Of a stretch of DNA of 32,000 nt, positions 10,110 through 18,570 are shown in pieces. Numbering within the stretch: the first letter of the stretch is position 1; each line of letters begins with the position of its first letter. Below the pieces are notes generated by a model. The model saw only the letters and a list, made by a program, of their open reading frames with translations, was not told the origin of the DNA and searched no databases. The position numbers were made by a program, and so were the translations under genes. Source of the DNA: Geotalea daltonii FRC-32 (GTDB lineage: Bacteria; Desulfobacterota; Desulfuromonadia; Geobacterales; Geobacteraceae); contig NC_011979.1 in NCBI RefSeq assembly GCF_000022265.1, positions 3,060,001 through 3,092,000 of the forward strand. The letters run 5' to 3'.

Positions 10110-11072
10110 GTGAAGAACTCTCTTATTAAATATGCAGCCTTTGTCGCGATTATTCTCGTCATCCCATTTCTGATGAAAGAGAGTTACCTGATCAATGTCA
10201 TGGTCTTCGTTGGCATCAACACCATGCTTGCCGTGGCTTTGAACCTGCTGCTCGGCTATGCCGGCCAGATATCCCTCGGGCACGCGGCCTTTTTCGGCCT
10301 TGGCGCCTACAGCTCCGGTGTGCTCACCGCTACCCACGGCATGAATCCGTGGCTGGTGATGTTTGCAGCTGCCGCAGTTGTCGGTATGCTGGCATTTCTC
10401 ATAGGATTCCCCATCCTGAAGCTGAAAGGGCACTATCTGGCCATGGCCACCCTCGGCTTCGGCATCATCCTCTATATCGTCTTCAACGAGACTGTCGACA
10501 TAACAGGCGGCCCATCAGGCTTGTCCGGCATACCAAACCTTCAATTGGGACAGATGACCTTCGATTCCGACATGAAAAATTACTACCTGATCTGGGTCTT
10601 TGCCCTGTTGGTCATGCTCTTCGCCGTAAATCTCACCAATTCACGCATAGGGCGCTCCCTCAGGGCAATCCATGATTCGGAGATCGCCGCCCGCGTCATG
10701 GGGGTCAATGCACGACTGCTCAAGGTCCAGATATTTGCCCTTTCCGCCGTCATTTCCTCTCTGGCCGGCAGTCTTTACGCCCACACCATGGCCTTTGTCG
10801 CACCGGCTTCTTTCGGCTTCAACTTTTCGGTGGAGCTTCTGACCATGGTAGTCATCGGCGGCCTCGGCAGTGTTTACGGCTCTTTTCTGGGGGCTGCTCT
10901 CCTTACGTTGCTGCCCGAATTCCTCCGCTTTCTCCACGATTACGATATTGTTTTTTACGGCCTGCTCCTCATGCTGATGATAATGTTCATGCCGGGAGGC
11001 CTGGTACGGGGCATACCGGCACTGTTTCGCCGGGTATCGAGCCGGAGAAGGGAAAGGTCGGCCGATGCTTGA
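10110..11072 (+). CDS. livM: branched-chain amino acid-type ABC transporter permease
   Basis: I prefer the in-frame GTG at 10110, 1 nt after the livH TGA (MKNSLIKYAAFVAI..). The ORF-track start at 10023 would overlap livH by 86 nt. LivM motifs GQISLGHAAFFGLGAY and RAIHDSEIAARVMGVN. Confidence 0.85.
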   Translation: MKNSLIKYAAFVAIILVIPFLMKESYLINVMVFVGINTMLAVALNLLLGYAGQISLGHAAFFGLGAYSSGVLTATHGMNPWLVMFAAAAVVGMLAFLIGFPILKLKGHYLAMATLGFGIILYIVFNETVDITGGPSGLSGIPNLQLGQMTFDSDMKNYYLIWVFALLVMLFAVNLTNSRIGRSLRAIHDSEIAARVMGVNARLLKVQIFALSAVISSLAGSLYAHTMAFVAPASFGFNFSVELLTMVVIGGLGSVYGSFLGAALLTLLPEFLRFLHDYDIVFYGLLLMLMIMFMPGGLVRGIPALFRRVSSRRRERSADA

Positions 11073-11820
11073 GATTCGGGGCATAAAGCAGGTTTTCGGA
11101 GGCGTTACCGCTCTGGATGATGTCTCCTTTACCATGCACCGTGGAGATATCACCGGTGTCATCGGTCCCAACGGAGCTGGGAAAACGACCCTCTTCAACA
11201 TCATCACCGGCATCTACACCCGTACTGCCGGTGCGGTTATTCTTGACGACCATGATATTTCCGACCTGCCGGCGGAGCGGCTGGCAGGGCTTGGCATGGT
11301 TCGCACCTTTCAGAATATCGAACTGTTCGCAAAGATGACCGTGCTGGAAAATGTCATGGTCGGCCTCCATAGTCGCAGCAAATGCGGCATGCTTTCCTGT
11401 GCGTTGAGAATGCCCTGGGCTGTTGCCGAAGAACGCAGGATCCGCAGCGAGGCCATGGGGTGGCTGGAATTTGCCGGCATAGCAGAACTGGCCCAAGTTG
11501 AAGCGGGCAATCTGCCCTTCGGCAAGGGGCGCCTTTTGGAACTGGCCAGGGCCATGGCCTGTGAACCGCGAATATTGTTGATGGACGAGCCTGCTGCAGG
11601 CCTGAACAGCCAGGAAACCCTGGGACTCGCCAAGCTGATCAGGGCTATCCGGGACAAGGGAGTTTCGGTAGTTCTTGTCGAACACGACATGGAACTGGTG
11701 ATGGATATCTGTGACCGTATCGTCGTCCTCAACCTTGGCAAGAAACTGGCAGAAGGGACTCCCCGTGAAATACAGGAAAATGCCGAGGTCATCTCTGCCT
11801 ACCTGGGAGAGGATCTTTAG
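11065..11820 (+). CDS. livG: ABC transporter ATP-binding protein
   Basis: Walker A GPNGAGKTT, signature-like FGKGRLLELARA, Walker B ILLMDEPAAGL. 8-nt overlap with livM. Confidence 0.9.
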   Translation: MLEIRGIKQVFGGVTALDDVSFTMHRGDITGVIGPNGAGKTTLFNIITGIYTRTAGAVILDDHDISDLPAERLAGLGMVRTFQNIELFAKMTVLENVMVGLHSRSKCGMLSCALRMPWAVAEERRIRSEAMGWLEFAGIAELAQVEAGNLPFGKGRLLELARAMACEPRILLMDEPAAGLNSQETLGLAKLIRAIRDKGVSVVLVEHDMELVMDICDRIVVLNLGKKLAEGTPREIQENAEVISAYLGEDL

Positions 11821-12564
11821 ATGCTGCGACTGAAGAACATAAATACCTATTACGGCAAAGTCCACGCCCTGAAAAATGTCTCCATACATCTGGGACAAGG
11901 GGAAATCGTAACTCTGATAGGGGCAAACGGAGCAGGGAAGACCACTATTCTCAATACCATTTCCGGTGTAACTCCCGCTGCAGGAGGGGAGATCCTCTTT
12001 GAAAAAGAGCCGGTCCAGGCCCTTTCGCCTGACCGTATCGTTCGTCTCGGCATTGCCCAGGTACCCGAAGGGCGCCAGGTTTTCAAACCGCTGTCCGTTG
12101 AGGATAACCTGGACTTGGGGGCATACCTCAGGCACCGGCAGAGAGAGGCGAAAAGCCGGATTCGGCAAGACAAACAGGAAATATTTACACTTTTCCCGCG
12201 ACTTGAGGAACGCCGTAAACAACCTGCAGGCACCCTGTCCGGAGGGGAACAGCAGATGCTGGCCATCGGCCGGGCGATGATGACCCGCCCGAAGCTGATG
12301 CTCCTGGACGAACCGTCCATGGGACTGGCTCCACTGGTTGTCCAGGAGATTTTCCGGGTCATTGACAATCTGCGTCGCCAGCACGGCACGACCATACTGC
12401 TGGTGGAACAGAATGCAAAGGCCGCGCTTAATCTTGCCGACCGTGGCTATGTTCTCGAAACGGGTAAAGTGATACTTGAAGGATTGTCTTCGAACTTGTT
12501 GGAAAACAAGGATGTTCAGCGTGCGTATCTGGGCAGGGAAAAGAAAGAACTTTGGGAAAAGTAA
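11821..12564 (+). CDS. livF: ABC transporter ATP-binding protein
   Basis: Walker A GANGAGKTT, signature LSGGEQQML, Walker B LMLLDEPSMGL. The ATG follows the livG TAG directly. Confidence 0.9.
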   Translation: MLRLKNINTYYGKVHALKNVSIHLGQGEIVTLIGANGAGKTTILNTISGVTPAAGGEILFEKEPVQALSPDRIVRLGIAQVPEGRQVFKPLSVEDNLDLGAYLRHRQREAKSRIRQDKQEIFTLFPRLEERRKQPAGTLSGGEQQMLAIGRAMMTRPKLMLLDEPSMGLAPLVVQEIFRVIDNLRRQHGTTILLVEQNAKAALNLADRGYVLETGKVILEGLSSNLLENKDVQRAYLGREKKELWEK

Positions 12565-12582
12565 TATCTTGGCGAGGGAATT

Positions 12583-13887
12583 ATGGAACTGATCTGGGAC
12601 CAGACGTACGAATGCATGGAACGGGAAGAAATCCAACAGCTGCAGCTGGAGAGGTTGCAGGCAACTTTGAATCGCGCCTACAAGAACGTGACCTGTTATC
12701 GCAACAAGTTCAATGAACTGGGGATCGTACCCGAAGACATCCAGTCCCTGTTGGACCTTACCAAACTTCCTTTCACCACCAAGGAAGATCTGAGGCTCAA
12801 TTATCCCTACGGCATGTTTGCCGTGCCGCTTCGGGAGGTGGTGCGCATTCATTCTTCTTCGGGCACGACCGGCAAACCCACCGTGGTCGGCTATACAAAA
12901 CATGATCTGAAGACCTGGTCCGGACTGGTAGCCCGGTTCATGACTGCTGCCGGCGTAACCCATGACGACGTGGTGCAGATCGCCTTCGGCTACGGGCTTT
13001 TTACCGGTGCCTTCGGTCTCCACTACGGTTCCGAGACCATCGGCGCCAGCGTCATCCCCATGAGCTCGGGCAATACGGAAAAACAGATCATGATCATGCA
13101 GGATTACAAATCCACCGCACTGGTCTGTACGCCCACCTATGCCATTACCCTGGCCGACAAGATGGAGAGGATGGGGATAGACCCAAAGAACCTCTCATTA
13201 AAAGTCGGATTGTTTGGTGGCGAGCCATGGTCCGAAAGCATGCGCAAGGAAATCGAAACCCGGCTTTGTCTGAGCGCCACCGACAACTATGGACTTTCCG
13301 AGGTCATCGGCCCGGGTGTCGCCGGCGAATGTTCCTGTAAGTGTGGCATGCATATCTTCGAGGACGCGTTCATTCCAGAGATCATAGATCCGGAAACCTG
13401 CCAGGTGCTTCCTCCAGGCAGTGTCGGCGAACTGGTTCTGACCACGCTTACCAAGGAAGCGTTGCCCATGATCCGCTACCGTACCAGGGATATTACCTCG
13501 CTGGATTACAGCAAATGCGACTGCGGCAGGACCCTGGTGCGGATGAAAAAAACCATGGGGCGCAGCGACGACATGCTCATTATCAAAGGGGTCAACGTTT
13601 TCCCGTCCCAGATCGAGGAAGTCCTCTTTGCCATCGAGGGCTGCGAACCCCATTACCAGTTGGTGGTCGACCGGATCGGCGCCATGGATGAACTCGAGGT
13701 GCGCATCGAGGTTACAGAGAATATCTTCTTCGATGAGATGAAAAAGCAGCGGGCCTTCCTGGAAATGGTAGAGAAAAAGATTGCCTCCATGCTCGGTGTC
13801 GGGGCAACTGTCAAACTTGTCGAGCCGAACAGCATTCCCAGACAGGAAGGCAAGGCCAGCCGGGTCATTGATAAACGTAAGATTTAG
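12583..13887 (+). CDS. paaK: phenylacetate-CoA ligase family protein (copy 2)
   Basis: 434 aa, colinear with copy 1 ([34 protein letters not shown]). Confidence 0.85.
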   Translation: MELIWDQTYECMEREEIQQLQLERLQATLNRAYKNVTCYRNKFNELGIVPEDIQSLLDLTKLPFTTKEDLRLNYPYGMFAVPLREVVRIHSSSGTTGKPTVVGYTKHDLKTWSGLVARFMTAAGVTHDDVVQIAFGYGLFTGAFGLHYGSETIGASVIPMSSGNTEKQIMIMQDYKSTALVCTPTYAITLADKMERMGIDPKNLSLKVGLFGGEPWSESMRKEIETRLCLSATDNYGLSEVIGPGVAGECSCKCGMHIFEDAFIPEIIDPETCQVLPPGSVGELVLTTLTKEALPMIRYRTRDITSLDYSKCDCGRTLVRMKKTMGRSDDMLIIKGVNVFPSQIEEVLFAIEGCEPHYQLVVDRIGAMDELEVRIEVTENIFFDEMKKQRAFLEMVEKKIASMLGVGATVKLVEPNSIPRQEGKASRVIDKRKI

Positions 13888-14359
13888 GCCCGTCGCGGCT
13901 TTACAGGGCAAAGCTCCAAATTTGACTTTTGAGCCGTCTTTGAATGTCCGGCAAGGCAGAAGCCTTCCTGCATTACGCAGTTATGGACCTGATCACCTTG
14001 ATATGGGTAGGCTGCAAATTCATGTCATCAACGAGAGACACCGACAGCGACCGTTATCCGGAAAATCGCAGCCATGCCTGATGTCTCAATACTGACTTGG
14101 ACAGATCCAGGCGCATGTTAACCTCAGGCTTGAATGTCGCTGTCAAACGGCCGGAGCTATCACGGGATGAAGAAGATATTAATAGCGTCCGATAAGATAT
14201 ATTATGTAAAGTACGAGGTCGGGTTGCGGGTATTTGTGCGAGAATAGCCTCATAATCCAGAATTAGCGGAGTTGTGCGTCTTTGCCGTTACACGCAAGAC
14301 CTTGCGCAATATCGATACCCAATGCAATGTAGCTTGTCCATGTTGACCTACCTGTATGG

Positions 14360-14389
14360 AAAAAGCCCGTCAAGAAAAGTCTGACGGGC
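14360..14389 (-). terminator. rho-independent terminator of the carbonic anhydrase gene
   Basis: 8-bp GC-rich stem GCCCGTCA (14365-14372) / TGACGGGC (14382-14389) followed on the - strand by TTTTT (14360-14364). It lies 30 nt past the stop codon. Confidence 0.7.
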
Positions 14390-14419
14390 TTCGTGGGCTG
14401 TACAGAGCTGAAAAATAAG

Positions 14420-15112
14420 TTATTTCAGCAGTGTTACCTTGCCATCATCCAGGTCATATTTGGCGCCGACGATCTTGACCTTGCCCTCTGCAACCAAATG
14501 CCTGATAACTTTCGACTGCTTGGTCAATGCAGCAGAAACCAGGTTCACATTATCGTCTATGGCCATTTCCACCACCTCAGGTTTTGCTTTGCCCGTTGAT
14601 TCTTTCTTAGCCAGCTTCACTGCCGGGGCGATGGAGCGGATTATCGAGCCCAGATTCCCTTCAGGCTTGCCTTTGGCTTCGACCGCAGCCGTTACTGCGC
14701 CACAACGCTCATGGCCGAGAACCATGATCAGCGGGGAACCCAGGTGTTCGGCTCCGTATTCGATGCTTCCCAGAATAGCCGGATCGGCGATGTTTCCTGC
14801 AACGCGGATGACGAATATCTCACCGAGACCCTTGTCGAATATTATCTCTGGCGGAACGCGCGAATCGGAGCAGGAAAGGATGATGGCATACGGCTTCTGA
14901 TGTTTGGCGAGACTTTCGCGGGTGGTAAGGTCACAGAGCTTCTGACCACTCATCTGATTGGAGACATAGCGCTGATTGCCATCCAGCAGGCTTTTCAAGG
15001 CTTCATCGGCGCTCATGCCGGCTTGTGTGCCGCTGGCAAGTGCAACCGCTGCAGTAATTACAAGTGTTAAAACCGAGAGCCAGACAACATTCTTCAACTT
15101 CCTAGGCAACAT
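14420..15112 (-). CDS. secreted beta-class carbonic anhydrase
   Basis: Zinc ligand motifs LSCSDSRVPPE and GHERCGAV. N-terminal signal peptide (..VITAAVALASG). RBS AGGAGGA upstream. Confidence 0.85.
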   Translation of the reverse strand: MLPRKLKNVVWLSVLTLVITAAVALASGTQAGMSADEALKSLLDGNQRYVSNQMSGQKLCDLTTRESLAKHQKPYAIILSCSDSRVPPEIIFDKGLGEIFVIRVAGNIADPAILGSIEYGAEHLGSPLIMVLGHERCGAVTAAVEAKGKPEGNLGSIIRSIAPAVKLAKKESTGKAKPEVVEMAIDDNVNLVSAALTKQSKVIRHLVAEGKVKIVGAKYDLDDGKVTLLK

Positions 15113-15259
15113 ATGGGGTTTCCTCCTGAAAAATTTTTCAAAAAAGTACCACCTTCATCTTTAAAAGGGAAACATTTTAATTGTTTAAACATAAGAGTGT
15201 GGCGATCACCAGATGGAATCCAGGTCGTCGGTGGTATTATCTGGCCTGCCATGGTGATT

Positions 15260-15679
15260 TCACTTCCGGCCTGGAATTAGATAGAGTGAAATTTTAGCTG
15301 CCTTTTTGACTATTTCGAAATGAGCATCCAGTGTGGCCAACGGGACACCGGCCTGTGCAGTAGCGGCGGCAATGAAGCAGTCGGCAAGACCGATGGTATG
15401 TCCCGAGCGGCGTAGATTGAAAGAGAGTCGCCCGGCTGCAGCCCATAATTCCGGGGTTTCCGGCAGGAATTCGAAGACATGCGGGAAATCGGCAAGCACG
15501 GCAAGCTCTTTGTCAGATTTTGCCCCCTGCATAAGTTCGGCAAGGATGATCCCGGTGCAGCAAACCTGTTCTTCGTCGATCAACCGCGTCACCACGCTAA
15601 AGCAGGGCTCTTGCTTGCGGAAGAACTCGATCCAGGCGGAAGTATCGACGAGAACCTTAGCCAAGGCGGTGGTCTCCAT
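15260..15679 (-). CDS. vapC: type II toxin, PIN-domain ribonuclease (VapC family)
   Basis: VLVDTSAWIEFF N-terminal acidic motif and C-terminal LATLDAHF. The start is uncertain: ATG 15679, or a TTG overlapping the antitoxin stop. Overlaps the upstream antitoxin gene. Confidence 0.75.
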   Translation of the reverse strand: METTALAKVLVDTSAWIEFFRKQEPCFSVVTRLIDEEQVCCTGIILAELMQGAKSDKELAVLADFPHVFEFLPETPELWAAAGRLSFNLRRSGHTIGLADCFIAAATAQAGVPLATLDAHFEIVKKAAKISLYLIPGRK

Positions 15680-15866
15680 GTCGCAGTTCATCAGCATCCG
15701 CGATAAACTCCATCTTCCCGGCCATGGCCTTTATACGGGCCGCCTTGCGCAGGCGTATCTCATCCCTGACAGCGGTAAGAACAGCTTCAGTCTTGGTCTT
15801 GGCATCCACCAAAGACATGAGCTCGGTCAAAAGGTCCTGTGGGAGTGTGACGGTTGCACGTGCCAT
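15657..15866 (-). CDS. vapB: type II antitoxin (VapB-like, about 69 aa)
   Basis: ATG 15866 is preceded by AAGGAG. MARATVTLPQDLLTEL.. is typical of small ribbon-helix-helix-type VapB antitoxins. The 3' end overlaps vapC. Confidence 0.6.
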   Translation of the reverse strand: MARATVTLPQDLLTELMSLVDAKTKTEAVLTAVRDEIRLRKAARIKAMAGKMEFIADADELRHGDHRLG

Positions 15867-15883
15867 AAGGGTCTCCTTTATTT

Positions 15884-15910
15884 CACACAAGTTATTATAC
15901 CTATTGTGTG
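15884..15910. promoter_or_regulatory. inverted repeat bracketing the vapBC -10 box (probable operator)
   Basis: CACACAA (15884-15890) and TTGTGTG (15904-15910) flank TATAAT on the - strand (complement of 15894-15899). Confidence 0.45.
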
Positions 15911-15941
15911 CTTCAAGCCAACACAAAAAATCACATGTTGC

Positions 15942-16733
15942 TCATGGTAATTTGATCTTACCTTTTGCGCAGGCATTGTTTTCGGCGATTTCCATCCGGG
16001 CGATGTTTGCCAGCGGGAAGATCAAGACTCCCCTCCCCTTTTGATACAAAGCACAGTGGGTGGCGGAGGTCTGGATCAGGTGGCCCGAGTAGGTGTCGAA
16101 GCTCTTTGATGGGTTGGTGACGAGGAGGGTCGCGCGGGAAGTGAAAGGCTTGGTGCTGGGTTTGCCGGAGAGGATTTCTTTGTAGTTTTGTTTGGCAATG
16201 GCCTTACCCTGCTCGCTTGCCCATTGGGACGTTTTAGCAACCACTAGTACCATTAACACTGACGCGGCAACGGTAAGTATGAGCAGATAAAGCCTGTTAA
16301 TAATCCTTTCTATGGTATCGCTGAAATGAAAATGCTCAGAAGCCTTAGGTTTTAACCATTCAACAAACATCTGAGCAAGTTTTTCCAGTTTTTGCCTCAC
16401 CCGTCTAAGGCAGCAAACCATTGCTAATAAAATTAACGCAGTAACTAAATAGAAAAGAGTCACTACGTAATCCATCAGGACATTTACAAACACCAGCAGA
16501 TAGGCAATAACACCGTTAATGACCGACTGTTCCTTAGACAAAGAGAACATGTCTTCGGACAAACCCCAGTATGAGTTGTAACCATCGCAATACGTACGCC
16601 CATAATAGGAGAGCAGTCCGGTCATAAGAGCAATTGCCAGCGCTAGGATTGAGGCATAATCCTTCCAGTCTAGCTTGGTCTTGGTTGATTGCGGGGTTGT
16701 AGCTGTATTTTCAGGACCAAATTTCTGTTCCAT
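15942..16733 (-). CDS. hypothetical membrane protein (about 4 TM helices plus a roughly 90 aa soluble C-terminal domain)
   Basis: Hydrophobic stretches ILALAIALMTGLLSYY, VIAYLLVFVNVLM, VVTLFYLVTALILLAMV and LYLLILTVAASVLMVLVVA. The ATG lies 9 nt after the HNH gene stop, and the RBS GGGAG overlaps that stop. Confidence 0.6.
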   Translation of the reverse strand: MEQKFGPENTATTPQSTKTKLDWKDYASILALAIALMTGLLSYYGRTYCDGYNSYWGLSEDMFSLSKEQSVINGVIAYLLVFVNVLMDYVVTLFYLVTALILLAMVCCLRRVRQKLEKLAQMFVEWLKPKASEHFHFSDTIERIINRLYLLILTVAASVLMVLVVAKTSQWASEQGKAIAKQNYKEILSGKPSTKPFTSRATLLVTNPSKSFDTYSGHLIQTSATHCALYQKGRGVLIFPLANIARMEIAENNACAKGKIKLP

Positions 16734-16742
16734 TCCATCTCC

Positions 16743-17720
16743 CTAAAGCCGCCAATCGCGGCGATGTTCTGCAAGATATTCCTGTGCCGGCCACAGGTTA
16801 TTGTCTTTCGGCCCGATGATGCCGCGTCCGCTGAGCGTCAGCAGGAACCCCGGCGCGTTCGGCTGTGCAGAAATATGTCGGGAGGTAATGACTTCATAGC
16901 CGTCAGAGACTCCCATCATCCCATTGTCGAATGCCCAGTGACAAAGCCTGCACAGCGCCATGCCGTTGCGGATATCATCATTATTGCTTTTGCTCCAAGG
17001 AACAATATGAGCTGCCTCAACTGCGGTATATTGCTCGGGGGTGATGATCCTGACACCGCACAGGGCGCAGCGATGGTCATAGGTGGTGACCACCAGTCGC
17101 CGAAAGCCTTGATCTCGCGCGATGGGGCGGTAGTTATCCGCCTCGATTATCTCCTTGACCAGCGGCAAATGTGATTTCTCCTCCAGAATCCGGCTGTAAT
17201 CATAGGCTTCGCGATTGATGACAGACTGCTCCCGCAGTTGCGCCTGTGCTTCGGGTGAGAAGCAGGAAAGGAGCAGTGCTTCCCTCAGCGCCTCCCTTCC
17301 CTCACCTGTCTGCATCACACCGAACAACTCTTCGTCCAACCGCACACCCAGAGCGTACTTGCGGAGGTAGCTGACGGAGGACGTGTTGTTGATGATGGCG
17401 GGGGTTATGGTTTTATCCGGCAGGGGGACCAATTCCCAGAACGACTCGCGATCCAGGCGAGAAAACGGAAAGGCGATGCTGCTGGTCTGGCCAAGAGGGA
17501 CGACGCGACGCCAGTAGAGGTTGAACAGTTCGTTTAGCTCGACCAGATCGCCGGTGACGTCGATGAATGGTGAGGTGATGACGCCACGATGCACTAGGTC
17601 CAGCACGGCCAGAAGTAGGATTGGCTTGTGCGGGGCCTTGCGCTTGGTGGCTTCGGTCCAGGTTGGGCCGGGGGCGCGGTTGAGGGAGGTGAAAAATTTG
17701 ATAAAGAGAGCAATATTCAT
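16743..17720 (-). CDS. HNH endonuclease with an N-terminal putative DNA-modification-reader domain (type IV restriction-like)
   Basis: C-terminal HNH motif DHRCALCG..AAHIVPW..NGMALCRLCHWAFD. The N-terminal roughly 200 aa contain APHKPILLLAVLDLVHRG and IAFPFSRL. Confidence 0.75.
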   Translation of the reverse strand: MNIALFIKFFTSLNRAPGPTWTEATKRKAPHKPILLLAVLDLVHRGVITSPFIDVTGDLVELNELFNLYWRRVVPLGQTSSIAFPFSRLDRESFWELVPLPDKTITPAIINNTSSVSYLRKYALGVRLDEELFGVMQTGEGREALREALLLSCFSPEAQAQLREQSVINREAYDYSRILEEKSHLPLVKEIIEADNYRPIARDQGFRRLVVTTYDHRCALCGVRIITPEQYTAVEAAHIVPWSKSNNDDIRNGMALCRLCHWAFDNGMMGVSDGYEVITSRHISAQPNAPGFLLTLSGRGIIGPKDNNLWPAQEYLAEHRRDWRL

Positions 17721-17771
17721 TGGAGGTTTTCTAACTCAAGTGTATTGTCTCCCGAAAGTCCCAATAGGAGG

Positions 17772-18422
17772 TTACCGTATGTATTTTTTACATATCCTGA
17801 AATGGGTTGCATTGGTCTTGTGGAACTTCTTGAAGTCGGCCTCCATGTTCGGATCTGTGAAATGAACCACATCCTGCATATCAGCTCCATGAGAAATAAG
17901 GCCTGGACTTATCACTATCTTATACTGACTTATAAATTCTGCGACAATGTCTTTGAACTTCGGCATGAAGTGCTGATACTCTGCTTCCTCGCTGGTAATC
18001 AAGTCTCCAGTTTCGCTACAAGCCAACTTTCCCCCACTTTTTTTAAAGGCTTCATTTTTTTGATATATTAGTTCATCAGAAACTGCGTGCCTGCAGGCTC
18101 TGTAAAAAAGTTGTTCTGTAGTTGGAGGATTTGCTTTTATGCAACTGATATATGAAAACTCCGTTGGCACATTGTCAGCTCGCATTATGAAAAAACAAGG
18201 TGTGTGGTATTCAGGTGATGTGCCCCTGTAAAAATATTTAATTCCTTCGCCAATTTTGTATTCTGCTTCAGGATGGCGTTGAAGTAACTCAGAAAGCAAT
18301 CTTGTGTCATCTGAATTTAACACTTGCCCATCACTATACGTGTTGAGCATGTCTTTGAAGAATTCCATAGCTGCTTTCTGAGTTCTAAAATATTTACTTG
18401 TAAGCTCAACCGATTTTGCCAT
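17772..18422 (-). CDS. hamC: DUF3223 / DCL-family protein; HamC-like third component of type II Hachiman
   Basis: The stretch FRTQKAAMEFFKDMLN..LLSELLQRHPEAEYKIGEGIKYFYRG..CFFIMRADNVPTEFSYISCI matches my memory of the DUF3223 consensus. Same strand, 148 nt downstream of the helicase gene. Confidence 0.55.
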   Translation of the reverse strand: MAKSVELTSKYFRTQKAAMEFFKDMLNTYSDGQVLNSDDTRLLSELLQRHPEAEYKIGEGIKYFYRGTSPEYHTPCFFIMRADNVPTEFSYISCIKANPPTTEQLFYRACRHAVSDELIYQKNEAFKKSGGKLACSETGDLITSEEAEYQHFMPKFKDIVAEFISQYKIVISPGLISHGADMQDVVHFTDPNMEADFKKFHKTNATHFRICKKYIR

Positions 18423-18570
18423 ATTTTTACTCCTCTCAAATGCTACAGTAGAAGGCTTGATTTGTTTAGCTATATGACGAGGTCCTGGGTTATCGGCGGT
18501 TGGTGCTCAAGCTTGTTGAGCATCATCACGTTTAACATGATCTTGAGAAATATGGCAACCGGATCGTGCG

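Noticed and set aside
10987-13023. 678-codon open reading frame on the - strand, the longest after the helicase.
   Set aside because: It is antisense to three well-supported + strand genes (livG, livF, paaK) with canonical ABC and ligase motifs. Its product is low-complexity (rich in G, Q, H, P and F) with no motif, no RBS and no sensible neighbours. It is an accidental stop-free antisense frame in GC-rich coding DNA.
15203-15258. The imperfect long-range inverted repeat ATCACCAGATGG ... CCATGGTGAT, considered as a vapC terminator.
   Set aside because: The loop is about 36 nt, the stem has a bulge and there is no U-tract. This is not strong enough to call.
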